The position numbers were made by a program, and so were the translations under genes. This document shows, in pieces, positions 36,865 through 48,586 of a stretch of 64,000 nt of DNA. The notes beneath the pieces were generated by a model. That model searched no databases. It was not told the origin of the DNA and worked only from the letters and a program-made list of their open reading frames with translations. The stretch's first letter is position 1. Every line of letters begins with the position of its first letter. This stretch comes from Mobula hypostoma (lineage: Eukaryota), in NCBI RefSeq assembly GCF_963921235.1, contig NC_086097.1, positions 34,660,001 to 34,724,000 of the forward strand, written 5' to 3'.

Positions 36865-37550
36865 TCAGAATCAGGTTTATTATCACTGATGTATATGAAA
36901 TATGTTGTTTTGTGGGAGCAGTACAGTGCAACACATAATAGTTATAATGAATAAATAAATAGTGTGAAAGACGAATAATAACGTAGTGTTCATGGGTCAT
37001 TCAGAAATCTGATGGTGGAGGCGATGAAGCTGTTCCTAAAATATTGAGTGTGGGTCTTTAGTCTCCTGTACCTCCTCTCTGATAGTAGTAATGAGAAGGG
37101 GGCATGGGGTGTGAGGTTCCTTAATAATGGATGCTGCCTTTTAAAGGTATCACATTTTGAAAATACCTTCAGCAGTAAGGAAGTGCTGGAGCTGGCTAAG
37201 TCCACAACCCTCACCAGTTCTTTTGATCCTGTGCATTGATCCCTCCATACCAGCCGCTGATGCAACCAAGTGGAATGTTCTCCACTGTACTGTGTAGAAA
37301 TTTGGTGAGGGTATTTGTGGTGACTACTAAATCTCAAACTCCTATTGAAGTAGTGCTGCTAGCATGCCTCCTTCATGATTGTATCGATATGTTGGACCTG
37401 GGATACATCCTCTGGGATATCGATCACCCTGCACCCCCCCCCCTTCCACTGCTGACCCCTCAATGAGGACTGGTGTGCGTTTTGTTGTTCACAATCAGTT
37501 CTTTGGTGTTGCTGATATTGTATGCAAGGTTATTGTACGAAACCACACAA
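36865..37550 (-). mobile_element. Rex1-type LINE 3' fragment
   Basis: RRYRRLKTHTQYFRNSFIASTIRFLN and the tail TCAGAATCAGGTTTATT, as at 12921-12945. Confidence 0.8.
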
Positions 37551-37913
37551 TCATTGTTTGCAAAGTGGCATGGGTTTAGAATTATACTGGATGGCTTAAG
37601 TGGAAATAGTTTTTTTTGCAAAGGGATTTATTGATTATTCTTAACAGTAACATGTCTTCAAGTGGAGTCTTGCCACTGCATTGATGTCTGATTTCAAAAT
37701 CTTGTGCTACAATAAATGTTCAGACATACCACATTTGTTAATTAGTGAAAGACGCATATTATCAACAGGGTTGTAGAAAGATTTAATATTTTTTTCAACC
37801 TGACTGAAGGTCCCATTAATTAACAGCATGAGACTAGTTTAATTACACAACCCTAAAATTGTATAAACAAAATTGTTTTAATTTATGACTGAATTATTGT
37901 TTTTGTTTTTCAG

Positions 37914-38003
37914 TATCCCTATGCAATTGGACTACTCCTTGCTTCCAGCTGGTGCATCCTTGTATGTCTCAGTCGACTGTACATGGGGATGCATTCTGTT
38001 CTG
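37914..38003 (+). CDS. SGPP1: SGPP1 coding exon 2 (90 nt, [30 protein letters not shown])
   Basis: Not in the ORF track. T-rich tract plus CAG acceptor at 37911-37913 and donor CTG|GTGAGT at 38004. Encodes most of PAP2 motif C3 (SRxxxxxH). Phase 0-0. Confidence 0.95.
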
Positions 38004-38539
38004 GTGAGTGAAAAATGAGATGGTTAGCTGTACTGCTTTTACTTGGATTTCTTACTGTCTTCAGAAGCTTGAGGTATAATAAATCAGTTACTAAGCATAA
38101 GCAAACATTTGCCAGTGCAATGGTTTGATTAGCTCGTCTCAGAATCATGACCATAATTCACTATGTCATATGAGCTCCATTTTCCATTTAGTCTGTCTAC
38201 ACCAGCAAAGAAAATATTCTTCTGACATACCAGTTGTATTAAATAAAACAAAAATTGTTAATAGCCATTTAGTTTTAAACTAATTATTCAATATTTTCAA
38301 ACACTCATGACTATCAAAAATGACTTCCTGCCACTTTGGCTAGAACATAATGGTATGGAAGTTTGCCAAGAGCTGATAGGCATAACTTGGCTTGTGTTAG
38401 CTAGTTAGTATCACCTTTGGTTTTCCAGCAGATTTTTTAATGTTTAAATAACTCTTTAATGCAGTTGAAGTGGAAATTGACTGTCTTTAATCATGCATAT
38501 TAAATACGTTAAAATTTCAAGATGTTCCACTGAGGTCTG

Positions 38540-38770
38540 TTCACTCAGTGGGTTGTGAGAGTGTGGAACGAGCTGCCAGCACAAGTGGTGCACGCAAGCT
38601 TGATATCAATGTTTAAGAGAAGTTTGGATAGGTACATAGATGGTAAGGATATGAAGGGCTATGGTCCTACTATAGGTTAATGGGAGTAGACAGATTGAAT
38701 GGTTTGGCATGGATGAGTTTGGCTGAAGAGCCTGTTTCTGTGCTGTACTTTTCTATGACTCTGACTCTAA
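38540..38770 (+). mobile_element. CR1 3' fragment
   Basis: GTGTGGAACGAGCTGCCAG...GCCTGTTTCTGTGCTGTAC..TCTATGACTCT. Confidence 0.7.
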
Positions 38771-39049
38771 GATGTGTGCAATAATTGTCAGTGCTGTAAC
38801 TTGCACTGCACTGCCCTACCCCCAAATGTTGGCTCTTGGACAAATCACACCTCTGACTGATCCTGTCCTTAGTTGTTTAAATTCTAGCCTAAGGCACTGA
38901 GGTAAATTATAATTTTGAGCTTTTGTTGCTGCTGCTCCTGAACTAATAAAACTTGGGATTGACCGGGTTTGCATTGAGATGACCTCTCTGTAGTGAAGCA
39001 CTCTGCCACATGTCAAAAGTAATCATTTGGCCTTTGCGGAATTCCCTTT

Positions 39050-39375
39050 GCAGCACTGTGGGCTAGCATCCACAATCACTTTGCAGCACCAGCGATCACT
39101 GATTGGGATTTGATTCCCGCCACTGTCTGTAAGGAGCTTGTACATTCTCCCTGCAACTGCATGTGTTTCCTCCGGGTGCTCCAGTTCCCTCCCACGTTCT
39201 GAAGACGTACAGTTAGGGTTAGTGAGCACTGAGCATGCTATGTTGGTGCTAGAAGTACAACCACACTTGTGGGCTGCCCCCACCACGATCCTCGAACTGT
39301 GGTCATCGATGCAAAACGACAGATTTCGCTGTACATTTCAATGAACGTGTGACAAATAAAGCTAATCTTTAATCT
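39050..39375 (+). mobile_element. V-SINE (tRNA-derived)
   Basis: V-domain-like GTTTCCTCCGGGTGCTCCAGTTCCCTCCCAC at 39165-39194, degenerate B box (GATTTGATTCCC) and tail AATAAAGCTAATCTTTAATCT. Confidence 0.75.
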
Positions 39376-39579
39376 CTCAAATGTAAGGTTTTCTCTGGGA
39401 AACTAGCTATGTCTTTGCAATGTAGTTGTGTTCATTCTGGTGCTATTACATTAGAGTGGAATCCTATTTAAGGCCAGTGCACAAAAATCTACTTTAGCTA
39501 AAATTTTTATAACTGGAACTAAAGCTGACTAAAGAGTTTTAAGATAATTGCTTTTACTTACCCAGGCAGGTAATGAATG

Positions 39580-39762
39580 GCACACAAGAGGTTGCAGATG
39601 TTGTAATTTAGTGCAAAAAAAACACAAACTATTGAAGGAATTCAATTTGTCAAACAACATCTGTGGAAGGAAAGGAATTGTCAACGTTTTGAGTTGAGAC
39701 CCTGCATCAAATCCTTCCAAAGAAGCTGCTTGACCCACTGAGTTTCTTAAGCAGTTTGTTTT
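39580..39762. mobile_element. Decayed, partly inverted Penelope terminal-repeat fragment
   Basis: GTCAACGTTTTGAGTTGAGACCCTGCATCAA followed by GCTGCTTGACCCACTGAGTT in the opposite orientation. Confidence 0.6.
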
Positions 39763-39879
39763 ACCTTAATCCATGGAAATGTTTCTTATTTGATTATCTC
39801 ATTCACGTAAAAGCTCAAGTTTGCGACAGGGGATCTTGTTTCCATTCCTTATCTGAACATCTCAGTGAATATTGAGATA

Positions 39880-40403
39880 CAGGTGTCCCCCGCTTTACAA
39901 AAGTTCGCTTTACGCCACTTGGCTTTTACGAAAGACCTAGATTAGTACCTGTTTTCACTAACCAAAAGAAATCCGAAGAGGATTTTCGCTTTTACAAAAA
40001 AAGGCGCCCGCTTTAAACTAGTGTTTACCCCGAGAAAGACTACTATGACTGTGAAGCCTTGCACGGGCAGGTGTGCGCGCATGCGTGTACGTGCCGATTT
40101 TTTTTCTATAGATCGGTTTTGGCTAAATCTTCCCGACCCTGATAAGTGAAACTACCCTGTACATACATTATTTCTACTTTATATAGGCTGTGTATTTATC
40201 ATATCATTCCTGCTTTTACTATATATTAGTGTCATTTTAGGTTTTATGTGCTATTTTGTGTGATTTGGTAGGTTTTTTTTGGGTCTGGGAACACTCAATT
40301 TTTCCCATATAAATTAATAGTAATTGCTTCTTCGCTTTACGCCATTTCAGCTTATGAAAGGTTTCATAGGAATGCTCTACTTTCGGATAGCGGGGGAAAC
40401 CTG
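39880..40403. mobile_element. Tigger/pogo-like (Tc1/mariner superfamily) MITE, 524 bp
   Basis: TA on both sides (39878-39879, 40404-40405). Imperfect 25-bp TIRs CAGGTGTCCCCCGCTTTACAAAAGT / CAGGTTTCCCCCGCTATCCGAAAGT. Confidence 0.88.
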
Positions 40404-41224
40404 TACAGCAATACAAGTAGCAGTTTTGCGCATCCAATAACTGCTTTGTTGGTGGAAGAAAGTTACATTTTTTTTTAAAGAACTGAGAGAATTTGTGCAA
40501 ATGAAGTGGTGAGCTGGCCCTAATCGAGAATAAAATCAGCAGTTTATGCTGTTGTTTACAAAGGATGAATCTGACCAAGGATTAGACTCAACATAATAAG
40601 GATTTCAGCAGCAAATCAGCTGAGACAAAAGTAAAAGTAGGCAGTATAATGAGAGGAAGAGTAGCTTTGTAATGCAGAATCAGAGTATATGGGCAGATGC
40701 TCATCTTAATGTTGAATATCACAGCAAGTTTCCAAACAGTCTGACACATGAAACCTCTAGGAGAAGCACAGACTGAATTTCAATCTCTGAGATGAATCAA
40801 AGACAGAGGGTAGCTACTGCTGGCAGAAGCACCCTTTCTGATTTCAATGAACAATATAAATTTAAATATCTCTAGTTAAATACTATGTTTTAATAACATT
40901 GTCTGTGCTATTCAATGACTTAAGGTTTACCAAAGCTTCATTGGGGTGTGGGATGAGCAAAACTGTGTAACTACTATCATAGATACACCACAGACTTCTC
41001 ATTTGTTGCAATTATGATTAGATTTTCCCCACCATGGTTGACAGATTATACCTTTTGCATTAATAATTAAGTTCTGATCAGATTCTTGAATTAAATCTCT
41101 GTTGCTTTTAGTATGTTCTTAATGCGTTTTTACAAATTTTCTACTTAAAGCAAGCATGTGCTTCACCTAGTGCTTCATAGTACCCAGGCACATGAAAGTG
41201 GAAAAACTAATCCAACCAACTCAT

Positions 41225-41415
41225 ACAAAACTCAGCAGGTCAGGCAGCATCTATGGAAAGAGTAAACAGTGAACGTTTCGGGCCATGATTCCTCTTCAAG
41301 ACATCAGAACATCGACTGTTTACTCTTTTCCATAAATGCTACTTGATCTGCTGAGTTTTTCCAGCATTTTGTGAGTTGCTTTAGATTTCCGGCATCTGCA
41401 GACTTTCTTGTCTTT
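41225..41415. mobile_element. Fold-back Penelope terminal-repeat fragment
   Basis: Inverted arms AAAACTCAGCAGGTCAGGCAGCATCTATGGAAAGAGTAAACAGT / ACTGTTTACTCTTTTCCATAAATGCTACTTGATCTGCTGAGTTTT around a degenerate core. Confidence 0.75.
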
Positions 41416-41899
41416 GTCCCAACATACTCCATATGATAAAAGATCAGTTCTCCTTTTTCCATTTTGCCCCTCTGCCCCTTTCCATTTACCCCTTTTCTCA
41501 TATCATTAAATGTGGTTTGCTGAATTATATTTAGTGTTTCTTTTATTATTTGAATTGTAACCGCAAATTAATGCATAATCTTTTGGGGGGTTAGAAAGGT
41601 CTTTGAAAATCTAATAGCATTGACATTTTTCTATCTAATTGTGTCTCAGTAATTTGTAGCTATTTCAACTGAAGTATTTTCAGTACCTCGTATGGAATCA
41701 GTTTTTACTTCCAAAAAAACAACACAATTTGAAATACAATGTTTCAGTCCTCTGGACAAAATTAGCATTTTACTTATTGAATGATTATTGTTAAAAGTCA
41801 GTGAAATAATCCCTTGTGAATGATTTCAGTAGGGGCTAAAAGCTATCAAATTTCGATAACCAACCCTGGAACTGTTGCATTGTGTAGATGAATTGTTTA

Positions 41900-43610
41900 C
41901 AAAATAGATATTTTTCTCCTAGAAGTCTGCAAAGATTCATCTAAAACTTTGACAAGCTTCTGTAGATGTGTGGTGGAGAGCATATTGACTGATTGCATTT
42001 TGGCCTGGTAAGGAAACTCCAGTGCCCTTGAATGGAAAAGCCTACACAAAGTAAAGGATACAGCCCGTTCCACGGGTGAACCCCTCCCCACCATTGAGCA
42101 CATCTACATGGAGCGCTGTAGCAGGAAAGCAGCATCCATCACAAAGACTCCCACCTCCCAGGCCATGATCCCTTCTCACTGCTGCCATCAGGAAAGTGGA
42201 ACAGGAACCTCAGGACCCATGCCACCAGGTTGAGGAATAGTTACTGCCCCTCAAACATTAGGCACTTGAACCAGAGGGGATAACTTCACTCTCCCCATTA
42301 CTGAACTGTTCCACGACCTATTTTCAAGAGTCCTCTTTTCAAGGACTCTTCATCTCACGTTCTCGATAATTATTGCATATTATTATTTTCTTTTTGTATT
42401 TGCAGTTTGTTGTCTTTTGCTTCTTTTGCTCATTGTTTGCCCATCCAGTTGGGTCAGCCTTTCATTGGGCCAGGTGGATTCAGAACTGGCTTGCCTGCAG
42501 AAGGCAGAGGGTTGTGGTGGAGGGAGTACATTCAGATTGGAGGATTGTGACTAGTGATGTCCCACAAGGATCTGTTCTGGGACCTCTACTTTTTGTGATT
42601 TTTATTAACGACCTGGATGTGGAGGTAGAAGGGTGGGTTGGCAAGTTTGCAGATGACGCAAAGGTTGGTGGTGGTGTAGATAGTGTAGAGGATTGTCGAA
42701 GATTGCAGAGAGACGTTGATAGGATGTAGAAGTGGGCTGAGAAGTGGCAGATGGAGTTCAACCCAGAGAAGTGTGAGGTGGTACACTTTGGAAGGACAAA
42801 CTCCAAGGCAGAGTACAAAGTAAATGGCAGGATACTTGGTAGTGTGGAGGAGCAGAGGGATCTGGGGGTACATGTCCACAGATCCCTGAAAGTTGCCTCA
42901 CAGGTAGATAGGGTAGTTAAGAAAGCTTGTGGGGTGTTAGCTTTCATAAGTCGAGGGATAGAGTTTAAGAGTCGCGGGGTAATGATGCAACTCTATAAAC
43001 CTTTGGTTAGGCCACACTTGGAGTACTGTGTCCAGTTCTGGTCACCTCACTATAGGAAGGATGTGGAAGCATTGGAAAGGGTACACGGGAGATTTACCAG
43101 CATGCTGCCTGGTTTAGAGAGTATGGATTATGATCCGAGATTAAGGGAGCTAGGGCTTTACTCTTTGGAGAGAAGGAGGATGAGAGGAGACATGATAGAG
43201 GTGTACAAGATATTAAGAGGAATAGATAGAGTCGATAGCCAGCGCCTCTTCCCCAGGGCACCACTACTCAATACAAGAGGACATGGCTTTAAGGTAAGGG
43301 GTGGGAAGTTCAAGGGGGATATTAGAGGAAGGATTTTTACTCAGAGAGTGGTTGGTGCATGGAATGCACTGCCTGAGTCAGTGGTGGAGGCAGATACACT
43401 GGTGAAGTTTAAGAGACTACTAGACAGGTATATGGAGGAATTTAAGATGGGGGATTATATGGGAGGCAGGGTTTGAGGGTCAGCACAATATTGTGGGCCA
43501 AAGGGCCTGTAATGTGCTGTACTATTCTATGTTCTATGATTCTATTATATTTCTTGTATGTACTATGAATGTATTTAAGGGTTGTATATGGTGGCATAAT
43601 TTACTTTGAG
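41900..43610 (+). mobile_element. Rex1-type 3' fragment (41900-42467, resuming at about 43538-43610) split by CR1
   Basis: GTGGAGAGCATATTGACT...GCAGCATCCATCACAAAGAC...; the 3' UTR continues after the CR1 tail. Confidence 0.7.
42468..43537 (+). mobile_element. Young CR1 3' half
   Basis: [25 protein letters not shown] to the ORF2 end, with one in-frame TAG (42727-42729) and a TTCTATGTTCTATG tail. Confidence 0.95.
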
Positions 43611-43967
43611 ACCACAGAGTGAGTACTGCACAACAGAGCAGACTTCCAGATACAGAGGCAGTTTGAAGGACTCTCTTCTTCTGATACTCCACTTTAACCT
43701 GCCTGTTCAGATTTATATTTTGAGCTGTTGTATGTATGAGATTAGCAGTACCTTTGAGTCCGATGATATATTTTTATTCTGGTGTTCAGGTATGATGTAG
43801 TTCAGTGCCACTCCCATGATTTCTGGCATCTGATGGATCTTTCATCATTTTTTCCTCTGTTTGCAATAATGTAGTGGAAAACCAAAGCAATATTTTCACA
43901 GCAGGATAAATGAAGAAGAAAAAAAGGACAAATGAAAGGGGTGAAATGTTGTTCATCCGAGTACACT

Positions 43968-45499
43968 CATAAGTCTCCGGGGCCTGATGGAATATTCCCC
44001 AGGCTGCTCCATGAGGTGAGGGAAGAGATTGCTGAGCCTCTGGCTAGGATCTTTAAGTCCTCGTTGTCCATGGGAATGGTACCGGAGGATTGGAGGGAGG
44101 CGAATGTTGTCCCCTTGTTCAAAAAACGTAGTAGGGATAGTCCGGGTAATTATAGACCAGTGAGCCTTACTTCTGTGGTGGGAAAGCTGTTGGAAAAGAT
44201 TCTTAGAGATAGGATCTGTGGGCATTTAGAGAATCATGGCCTGATCAGGGACAGTCAACATGGCTTTGTGAAGGGCAGATCGTGTCTAACAAGCCTGATA
44301 GAGTTCTTTGAGGAGGTGACCAGGCATATAGATGAGGGTAGTGCAGTGGATGTGATCTACATGGATTTTAGCAAGGCATTTGACAAGGTTCCACACGGTA
44401 GGCTTATTCAGAAAGTCAGAAGGCATGGGATCCAGGGAACTTTGGCCAGGTGGATTCTGAATTGGCTTGCCTGCAAAAAGCAGAGGGTCGTGGTGGGGGG
44501 AGTACATTCAGATTGGAGGATTGTGACTAGTGGTGTCCCACAAGGATCTGTTCTGGAACCTCTACTTTTCGTGATTTTTATTAACGACCTGGATGTGGGG
44601 TAGAAGGATGGGTTGGCAAGTTTGCAGACGACATAAAGGTTGGTGGTGTTGTAGATAGTGTAGAGGATTGTCAAAGAATGCAGAGAGACATTGATAGGAT
44701 GCAGAAGTGGGCTGAGAAGTGGCAGATGGAGTTCAACCCAGAGAAGTGTGAGGTGGTACACTTTGGAAGGACAAACTCCAAGGCAGAGTACAAAGTAAAT
44801 GGCAGGGTACTTGGTAGTGTGGAGGAGCAGAGGGATCTGGGGGTACATGTCCACAGATCCCTGAAAGTTGCCTCACAGGTGGATAGGGTAGTTAAGAAAG
44901 CTTGTGGGGTGTTAGCTTTCATAAGCCGAGGGATAGAGTTTAAGAGTCGCGATGTACTGATGCAGTTCTATAGAACTCTGGTTAGGCCACACTTGGAGTA
45001 CTGTGTCCAGTTCTGGTTGCCTCACTATAGGAAGGATGTGAAAACATTGGAAAGGGTACAGAGGAGATTTACCAGGATGCTGCCTGGTTTAGAGAGTATG
45101 CATTATGATCAGAGATTAAGGGAGCTAGGGCTTTACTCTTTGGAGAGGAGGATGAGAGGAGACATGATAGAGGTGTACAAGATAATAAGAGGAATAGATA
45201 GAGTGGACAGCCAGTGTCTCTTCCCCAGGGCACCACTGCTCAGTACAAGAGGACATGGCTTTAAGGGAAGGGGTGGGAAGTTCAAGGGGGATATTGGAGG
45301 AAAGTTTTTTTACTCAGAGTGGTTGGTGCGTGGAATGCACTGCCTGAGTCAGTCAGATACACTAGTCAAATTTAAGAGACTACTAGACAGGTATATGGAG
45401 GAATTTAAGGTGGGGGTTTATATGGGAGGCAGGGTTTAAGGGTCGACACAGCATTGCGGGCTGAAGGGCCTGTACTGTGCTGTACTATTCAATGTTCTA
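43968..45499 (+). mobile_element. Young CR1, RT domain to tail; same subfamily as 42468-43537
   Basis: [38 protein letters not shown]..; frameshift near 44600. Confidence 0.95.
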
Positions 45500-45899
45500 A
45501 ATCTCAGGAGTTTTCTAATTTGGTACTGCCCAAACAAAACTTTTAGCAAGCCGGACCATATTTGAATGTTGTTCCTGCTTCTAATCATACAGGAGATGTG
45601 AAGAAGACATTGAATTTTTGTGGAAAAGCATGTAATAACATGCTTTGTTTTTGTGTCTTATGAACTTTGGAGTTGGTAATCATGTTCCAGGTCACTTTGG
45701 CCTTGACCCAAGAATAAGCAAGTCAATCAGCTAAGAGAGATCGAGAACTGTCTTTCGCCTGTTGTGAGATGTGTGGATTTAAAGCAGGAGTGGTATTGGA
45801 CTTGGCTGTAGCATCAGTGCTCGGTCAAATTATCTGTCTGTGTACCATATCAAGTTTTATGCCTATCATTAGGTCAGACTGAACCACACCAATTTGGTA

Positions 45900-46312
45900 T
45901 CAGCAGTGACATATCTGGTCGCCTCTGAGTTGGAATAGATTGGGATTAAGTTACATTCTAGAGACTTGCATAGAAAAATCTAGGTTAGCATTCATAGAGA
46001 ATACAGTGGAAGGGCTGCATTATTGACACAATCTTCTGATGAATCATTACGAAGAGTCCCTGCAGTTTTCTCCAGTAGAAGTTTTTTAAAAAATGTCATG
46101 GCATTGTACAGACTGAAGACTGAGCTTTCGGTTTTCTGGCCAATACTGATCCTTGGTTTCTTAAAAATAGTTTTTCTTTCATCATACACTTGCTCTGGGC
46201 AGTAGCATGGGTAAATTGCTGGTCTCATTTACAACATTACAACATTGATTATCCTTCTAATGTACTTCATTGACCATAAAGTGCTTTGGAACTAAAAGGT
46301 GCATGCAAATTT
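45900..46312 (+). mobile_element. Ancient Deu-SINE-like element (SacSINE1/AmnSINE1 group)
   Basis: Ordered motifs recalled from the family: TCTAGAGACTTG..AAAATCTAGG, ATGTCATGGCATT, CTGGCCAATA, and CAACATTACAACA..TACTTCATTG..TAAAGTGCTTTGG. Confidence 0.55.
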
Positions 46313-46532
46313 TGCAACATATTTGTCAAATAATTCAGTGTTGCATCTGAGAATAAAATTAACCTCATTATTTTGTTTCACTGCACAGTTCCTGCACTGC
46401 AGCATGAAGCGGACATTTTTTTTTCACATTGAGATTGAAGCAATTTGTTCAGCTGTCATCAGGCCTTCACTCTTCTCTTCTTGTCACTCGAGATGAGCAC
46501 TCTCCATGTTCATCTTGTCCTTGTCCAGACAA

Positions 46533-47460
46533 AGGTTCATTTTATTGTCAAAGTGTATAATACAACTCTGATATTTGTCTTCTCCAGATAGCCATTAAAT
46601 GCAGAAAGACCATGGGTGTTGCTGAAAGAAAAAACATCAACCCCCCCCAAAAAAAAACTGCATGAAAAGTAAAAGAAGCAGAACTTACAGACTCTTAAAT
46701 CCCCCACCTGCAGCGAAAAAAAACTGCCACAATAACAGTCAACGACCTCCTCACTCACAGGAAAGAGCAGTGACAGTAGCATCAAATCCCCAGCACTCCC
46801 TCTTATTCACAAAATAATTAACAGATCACCCACCTGCCAATCGTCCACAAGAAAGAAAACACCAAAAAACTGAAGGAAACCTATAAAAAAGTATGGTCAA
46901 GTAATCACATAAGCCTCAGAATGGGAAACATCTTTTCACTGCATACGAGGAGAGCAGCTGCATGAGCTCAGTCCTTCCGTAAAAAGTGACTGCCGATCCA
47001 GGGTAGAACGCCATCTACCCGGACGGAATGGGCTGATCAGGTCTGAAAGCCAACGCGCCAATCTGGCTGCTGACTGTCTTGCGCCGAGCCATCACTGACC
47101 CCTCCACATTCACCCATTCACCTTGATGCTTCAATCTGCCTTGCTGCCTCGAGCTGGAATCAATCATGACACCGCGCCTCATCTCTGGTCTTTTCCAGAA
47201 GTCAGCTTGTTCTCAGACCTTCTTGCTTCCACCCCTCCCATCTCTGATCTCCACAAGGTAGCTGTCTAGACAGAACACAGCGCTGAATCCTTCGATCCAG
47301 ATTCAAACTCTACGTCACAGGCTCCAACAGTTTCTGTAACACAAACAAAACAAAAAGAATGAGCAGAAGGCATAGAAAAAGTGAAATAATGGGAAAGTTT
47401 TGCTATCTGGAGTATGTCGTTCGTGGAATCGTTATTTGTTAGCGTCATCTTGACCGGAAG
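46533..47460 (-). mobile_element. Non-coding, LINE-tailed non-autonomous retroelement
   Basis: Minus strand starts CTTCCGGTCAAGATGACGC and ends GACAATAAAATGAACCT; no long ORF. Confidence 0.55.
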
Positions 47461-48034
47461 ACCCTTTTTATTAATCTTCTTCTCTTGCCCAACATGGTAG
47501 CTGACATTGTAGGGGTTCTCTTGCCTCAGCTTTCATTTCAGAGTACTATGGTACCCTTGCCCACACTTGCAGATTGTTGCTTCATGTTTAACATTAGTTT
47601 CTCTTCAAGTCTTAACAGCTGAGGAAGTTCAGAACTCTTAACTTGCCACAGCAAATTAATTCAGCTGCTATGTATTTAAATATGATCTTGATAATAGGTA
47701 CTTTAAATCCAAGATAATTATCAAGTTAGTCAGTTGGTGATTATAAAGGTAAAGTTTAGAGGGTGCCCTGTGGATGATTTGCCCACAGAGTGCAAGTTAA
47801 AATCGAAACAAATTACTTAAGTGCTGAAGCTTCAAATTAGGCCGTGAAACCACAGTAACAATCTAGCTTATTAGTAATTACCGGTCTCTAAATAAGTTCT
47901 GTAAGCTAATGTGTATAACTGTCATTTGTAAATTGATATGTTATGGCTTTGATTTAAGAAAATCTAATTTTTGGCTTTCATGAATCTGATAATGCCTCAA
48001 ACTAATAAGCCTCTTGTTTCTCTTTTTTTGATAG

Positions 48035-48586
48035 GATGTAATTGCTGGTGTGCTTTACAGCATTCTAATCCTGATCGTCTTTCACCCGGCTTTGGACTTA
48101 ATTGACAACTTCAATTTAACCTACAAGTATGCTCCTCTGTTCATCATCGGCCTTCACCTGGGAATGGGCCTCTTTTCATTTACCTTGGACACATGGAGTA
48201 CATCTCGTGGAGATACTGCTGAAATTTTAGGCACTGGAGCAGGTATTGCCTGTGCTTCTCATGTCAACCACATGTTTGGCATATTGCCTGACCCGCCACT
48301 TGTTGCTCTGCCGTTTACTCCCCCTTCGATCACATTTCAGCTCATTGCAAGAGCATTCCTACGTTTTGCAATCGGAGTAGTGGTCCTGTTATTGACCAGA
48401 GCAGTGCTGAAAGCAATCACTATTCCTCTGGCCTGCAAAATATTCCGTATTCCATGCACAGACATTCGCCAGGCACGAAAAAGAATGGAAGTGGAGCTTC
48501 CCTATCGTTACTTGACATATGGAACTGTAGGATTTGTGGCCCTGTTTGTGATTCCCTGCTTATTCAGTTACCTGAACCTCGCTTGA
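48035..48586 (+). CDS. SGPP1: SGPP1 coding exon 3 (DVIAGVLYS...FSYLNLA*)
   Basis: Pyrimidine tract plus TAG acceptor at 48032-48034. The first codon supplies the Asp completing SRxxxxxHxxxD. Hydrophobic helices with [13 protein letters not shown] and EVELPYRY motifs; TGA stop at 48584-48586. Spliced product is 444 aa. Confidence 0.95.
   Translation, partial: DVIAGVLYSILILIVFHPALDLIDNFNLTYKYAPLFIIGLHLGMGLFSFTLDTWSTSRGDTAEILGTGAGIACASHVNHMFGILPDPPLVALPFTPPSITFQLIARAFLRFAIGVVVLLLTRAVLKAITIPLACKIFRIPCTDIRQARKRMEVELPYRYLTYGTVGFVALFVIPCLFSYLNLA

Noticed and set aside
42468..45499. Tandem segmental duplication or assembly artefact
   Set aside because: Similarity is confined to the CR1 sequence. 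The 5' truncation points, flanks and disabling mutations differ, so these are two insertions.
48050..48586. Stand-alone 178-aa gene
   Set aside because: It starts at an internal GTG. The frame is open from the acceptor at 48035 and continues SGPP1.
7387..48586. Assignment to SGPP2
   Set aside because: The long N-terminal linker with RRNSL and the three-coding-exon layout fit SGPP1, as recalled from vertebrate orthologues. A phylogeny would confirm it.
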